Source: Nitrososphaerota archaeon (GTDB lineage Archaea > Thermoproteota > Nitrososphaeria > Nitrososphaerales > Nitrosopumilaceae). From it: DNA of 23,982 nucleotides. A program made the position numbers and the translations under genes. Each line of letters begins with the position of its first letter. Position 1 is the first letter of the stretch. The stretch lies in NCBI GenBank assembly GCA_021325615.1, contig JAJPGU010000004.1:30001-53982 (forward strand), given 5' to 3'. The notes below the pieces were generated by a model. That model was not told the DNA's origin. It saw only the letters and a list, made by a program, of their open reading frames with translations, and ran no database searches. Shown here one piece after another: positions 21,983 to 23,982 of this stretch.

Positions 21983-23982
21983 TTACTCTTTGTCGATAAA
22001 CTCGTCTGCAGTCGGGGGCTCCGGGCTCAGTCCCTTCCTCTTCCTAATGTCTGCTATGATGGTTGGAAGAATGGAGTTTGGAATTGGTGTCCATGCCTTG
22101 AAGTGGGTGTTCCACATTGCCTTTCCTGCGGTCTGGCCCCTCATGACCTCGGACAGGTCGAAGGTCTCAGATGCTGGAATCTCCCCCGTTACGATATTGA
22201 CAACGCCCTTTTGTTCCATGTTTAGCACCTTGCCCCTCTTGCCGGATATCACGCCTGCCACGTTGCCGATGAGTTCCTGCGGAATCCTCACCTCTATCCC
22301 AAGCATCGGCTCTAGCAGCACGGGGTTTGCAAGCAGCATGGCTCCCATGCATGCGCGCCTTGACGCCGGCCCAAGCTGCGAAAGCCCCCTGTGTGCAGGG
22401 TCCTCGTGCGGTACAAAGTGGTGGAATGTAAACTTGCATCCCCTCACCTGCTCCCTTGTTAGCGGGCCTTCCTTCATGGTATCGTCAAATCCTGAAAGTA
22501 TCGAGTCCGTTGACTCCTGGACAAACTGGACACCCTTGGTGCCGTCCACCATGACGTTGCCCCTCGTGTCGAACCTCATGATGCGCTTGGCGTCGTCCGA
22601 GTCCCATCCAGCATCCTTTAGTATCTTCGCCACCTCCTTCTTGTCCTTGTACTCGTTTAGCGTTCCATTTCTTATCATCTCGGCCACCTTCTCGTCGAGC
22701 GGCTCCACCTTCATGAAGATCTTGTTGTGCCTGTTTGGCGATTTTGACATTACAGGGCCTGCCGCGGAGCGGATGGTCTCCCTGTAGTTGATGAGCGGCT
22801 GTGACGTGACAATGTCCACCTTTGCATCTGCAATTAGCGCGGTTGCAATCTCAAGGTGAAGCACACCCATTCCTGCAATCACTGTCTCCCCGCTCTCCTC
22901 GTTTATCTTCACCTGGAGGTTGGGGTCCTCAATTGTCAGCCTGTTTAGCACCTCGACTAGTTTTGGAAGGTCCTTTGGATGCTTTGGCTCCACCGCAATC
23001 TGGACAACGGGTTCCGACACATACTGGATTCCCTCAAAGGTCGGCACACCGGCTACGGTGGATATTGTCTGCCCCGCCCTTGCATGCTCAAGGCCCAGGA
23101 GCGCCGGGATGTTCCCTGCCGCAAGTTCCCCCACCATCTCCCTCTGGTTTCCCATGAAGAAGTTGACGGACTGGATCCTTCCCTCCCTCTTGCTGTCTAT
23201 AATGTGAATCCTGTCGCCGTCCTTTAGCCGTCCCGAGAACAGCCTGCCTATGGCCACCGGGCCGGCAGCGGGGTCGACAGTCATGTTTACAATCATCATT
23301 ACCGCGGGGCCGTTGTCATCGCAGTTTAACAACGCCTTTCCAATGTCGGACTCGAGGTCCCCCTTCCAGATCTTTGGAATCCTGTACTTTTGCGCCTCGG
23401 CAGGGTTCGGGTGATGTTTTACCACCATTCCAAGTACAGCGTCGTAAAGCGGCGCCTTTTCAGCGAGGGCCTTTACGTCCCCCCCTTCCGAGTATGCCGC
23501 ATAAATGTCCTTAAACGATATGCCTTTCTTTTTCATGACGTCGGCGTTGAAGCCCCACCTGTCCTTGGCGGAGCCAAATGAGACGCTGCCGTCCTGGATG
23601 CTTACCTTCCACTTGTCCCGGTATTCGGGCTCTGCGTAAATGTCAATCAGCCTGTTAAAGTTTGTAATTATCTCAAGCAGCCATTCCTGCATCTTGTCTG
23701 GCGTGAGCCTTAGCTCCTTTATGAGGCGGTCAATCTTGTTGATGTAAAGCACCGGCCTTACCCTCTCCTCAAGCGCCTGTCTTGTAACGGTCTCAGTCTG
23801 GGTCATGATTCCCTCAACCGAGTCTGACACTACCACTGCCCCGTCTATTGCCCTGAGGCTCCTTGTAACACGGCCGGTAAAGTCGATGTGGCCCGGGGTA
23901 TCAATCATGTTAATCACAAACTCCTCACCCTCCTTCTCGTAGAGCAGGGTTACGTTTGCCTGCACTATGGTCATCTGCCTGT
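21983..23982 (-). CDS. fusA: Translation elongation factor 2 (aEF-2), N-terminus truncated by the window edge
   Basis: DTPGHIDF (G3), YINKIDRL (G4), domain IV FVPHEDPAHRG (diphthamide His region), and a C-terminus typical of EF-2/EF-G. The reading frame stays open to base 23982, and the G1 P-loop lies outside the window. Confidence 0.95.
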   Translation of the reverse strand, partial: RQMTIVQANVTLLYEKEGEEFVINMIDTPGHIDFTGRVTRSLRAIDGAVVVSDSVEGIMTQTETVTRQALEERVRPVLYINKIDRLIKELRLTPDKMQEWLLEIITNFNRLIDIYAEPEYRDKWKVSIQDGSVSFGSAKDRWGFNADVMKKKGISFKDIYAAYSEGGDVKALAEKAPLYDAVLGMVVKHHPNPAEAQKYRIPKIWKGDLESDIGKALLNCDDNGPAVMMIVNMTVDPAAGPVAIGRLFSGRLKDGDRIHIIDSKREGRIQSVNFFMGNQREMVGELAAGNIPALLGLEHARAGQTISTVAGVPTFEGIQYVSEPVVQIAVEPKHPKDLPKLVEVLNRLTIEDPNLQVKINEESGETVIAGMGVLHLEIATALIADAKVDIVTSQPLINYRETIRSAAGPVMSKSPNRHNKIFMKVEPLDEKVAEMIRNGTLNEYKDKKEVAKILKDAGWDSDDAKRIMRFDTRGNVMVDGTKGVQFVQESTDSILSGFDDTMKEGPLTREQVRGCKFTFHHFVPHEDPAHRGLSQLGPASRRACMGAMLLANPVLLEPMLGIEVRIPQELIGNVAGVISGKRGKVLNMEQKGVVNIVTGEIPASETFDLSEVMRGQTAGKAMWNTHFKAWTPIPNSILPTIIADIRKRKGLSPEPPTADEFIDKE

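Noticed and set aside
21990-22787. 265-aa plus-strand ORF, with further ORFs at 22167-22439, 22822-23157, 22920-23207 and 22979-23227
   Set aside because: All lie antisense or out of frame within the strongly supported EF-2 gene. The translations are Ser/Pro/Leu-rich with no motifs. They are typical shadow ORFs.
1-23982. CRISPR arrays, tRNA or rRNA genes, transposases or integrases, prophage genes
   Set aside because: I found no regularly spaced direct repeats. I saw no GTTCGAATC-type T-arm sequences or rRNA-like blocks. No DDE, tyrosine-recombinase or capsid-like translations appear in any frame of the ORF track.

Overview
This 23,982-bp window looks like archaeal chromosome, most consistent with an ammonia-oxidising thaumarchaeon (Nitrososphaera-like). 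That placement is inference from four things. First, it carries aEF-2, a NirK-type copper nitrite reductase, several plastocyanin-like cupredoxins (one with a PEFG-CTERM tail) and many small RHH/wHTH regulators. Second, codon usage is rich in AAG, AGG, ATA and GAG. Third, A/T-rich TATA-like boxes sit about 25-30 nt upstream of many start codons, which fits leaderless mRNAs. Fourth, oligo-T tracts follow several stop codons. Gene order, left to right: tail of an ABC permease, NitT/TauT-type ABC ATPase, a stand-alone AAA-associated domain protein, and an SNF2-family helicase whose motif I is split by a 207-aa mini-intein. Next come a coiled-coil membrane protein and a cupredoxin cluster: a PEFG-CTERM plastocyanin, two small membrane or secreted proteins, and an apparent operon of an about 500-aa secreted protein with tandem Trp-rich C-terminal modules plus a membrane-anchored cupredoxin. 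Then follow an SRPBCC protein, a wHTH regulator, an RHH regulator, a divergent pair of paralogous membrane-anchored beta-sandwich proteins, nirK, and a triple-wHTH regulator. The right half holds a J-domain/TPR protein, several small ORFs, a second RHH paralog, a DUF1059-like small protein, a 400-nt GC-rich stretch with no convincing CDS (possible structured RNA), and an Hsp20-like protein. It ends with small membrane proteins, a stand-alone Lrp/AsnC ligand-binding domain, a CheY-like receiver, an AT-rich small ORF, and aEF-2, which is truncated by the window edge. I found no tRNA, rRNA, CRISPR array, transposase or recognisable defence operon. The features most worth follow-up are the mini-intein, the extracytoplasmic copper-protein neighbourhood around nirK, the GC-rich non-coding stretch at 17.9-18.2 kb, two repeated or palindromic intergenic elements, and two well-supported ORFs below the 60-aa cut-off of the ORF track. 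All family names come from motif recognition by eye; no database search was possible.
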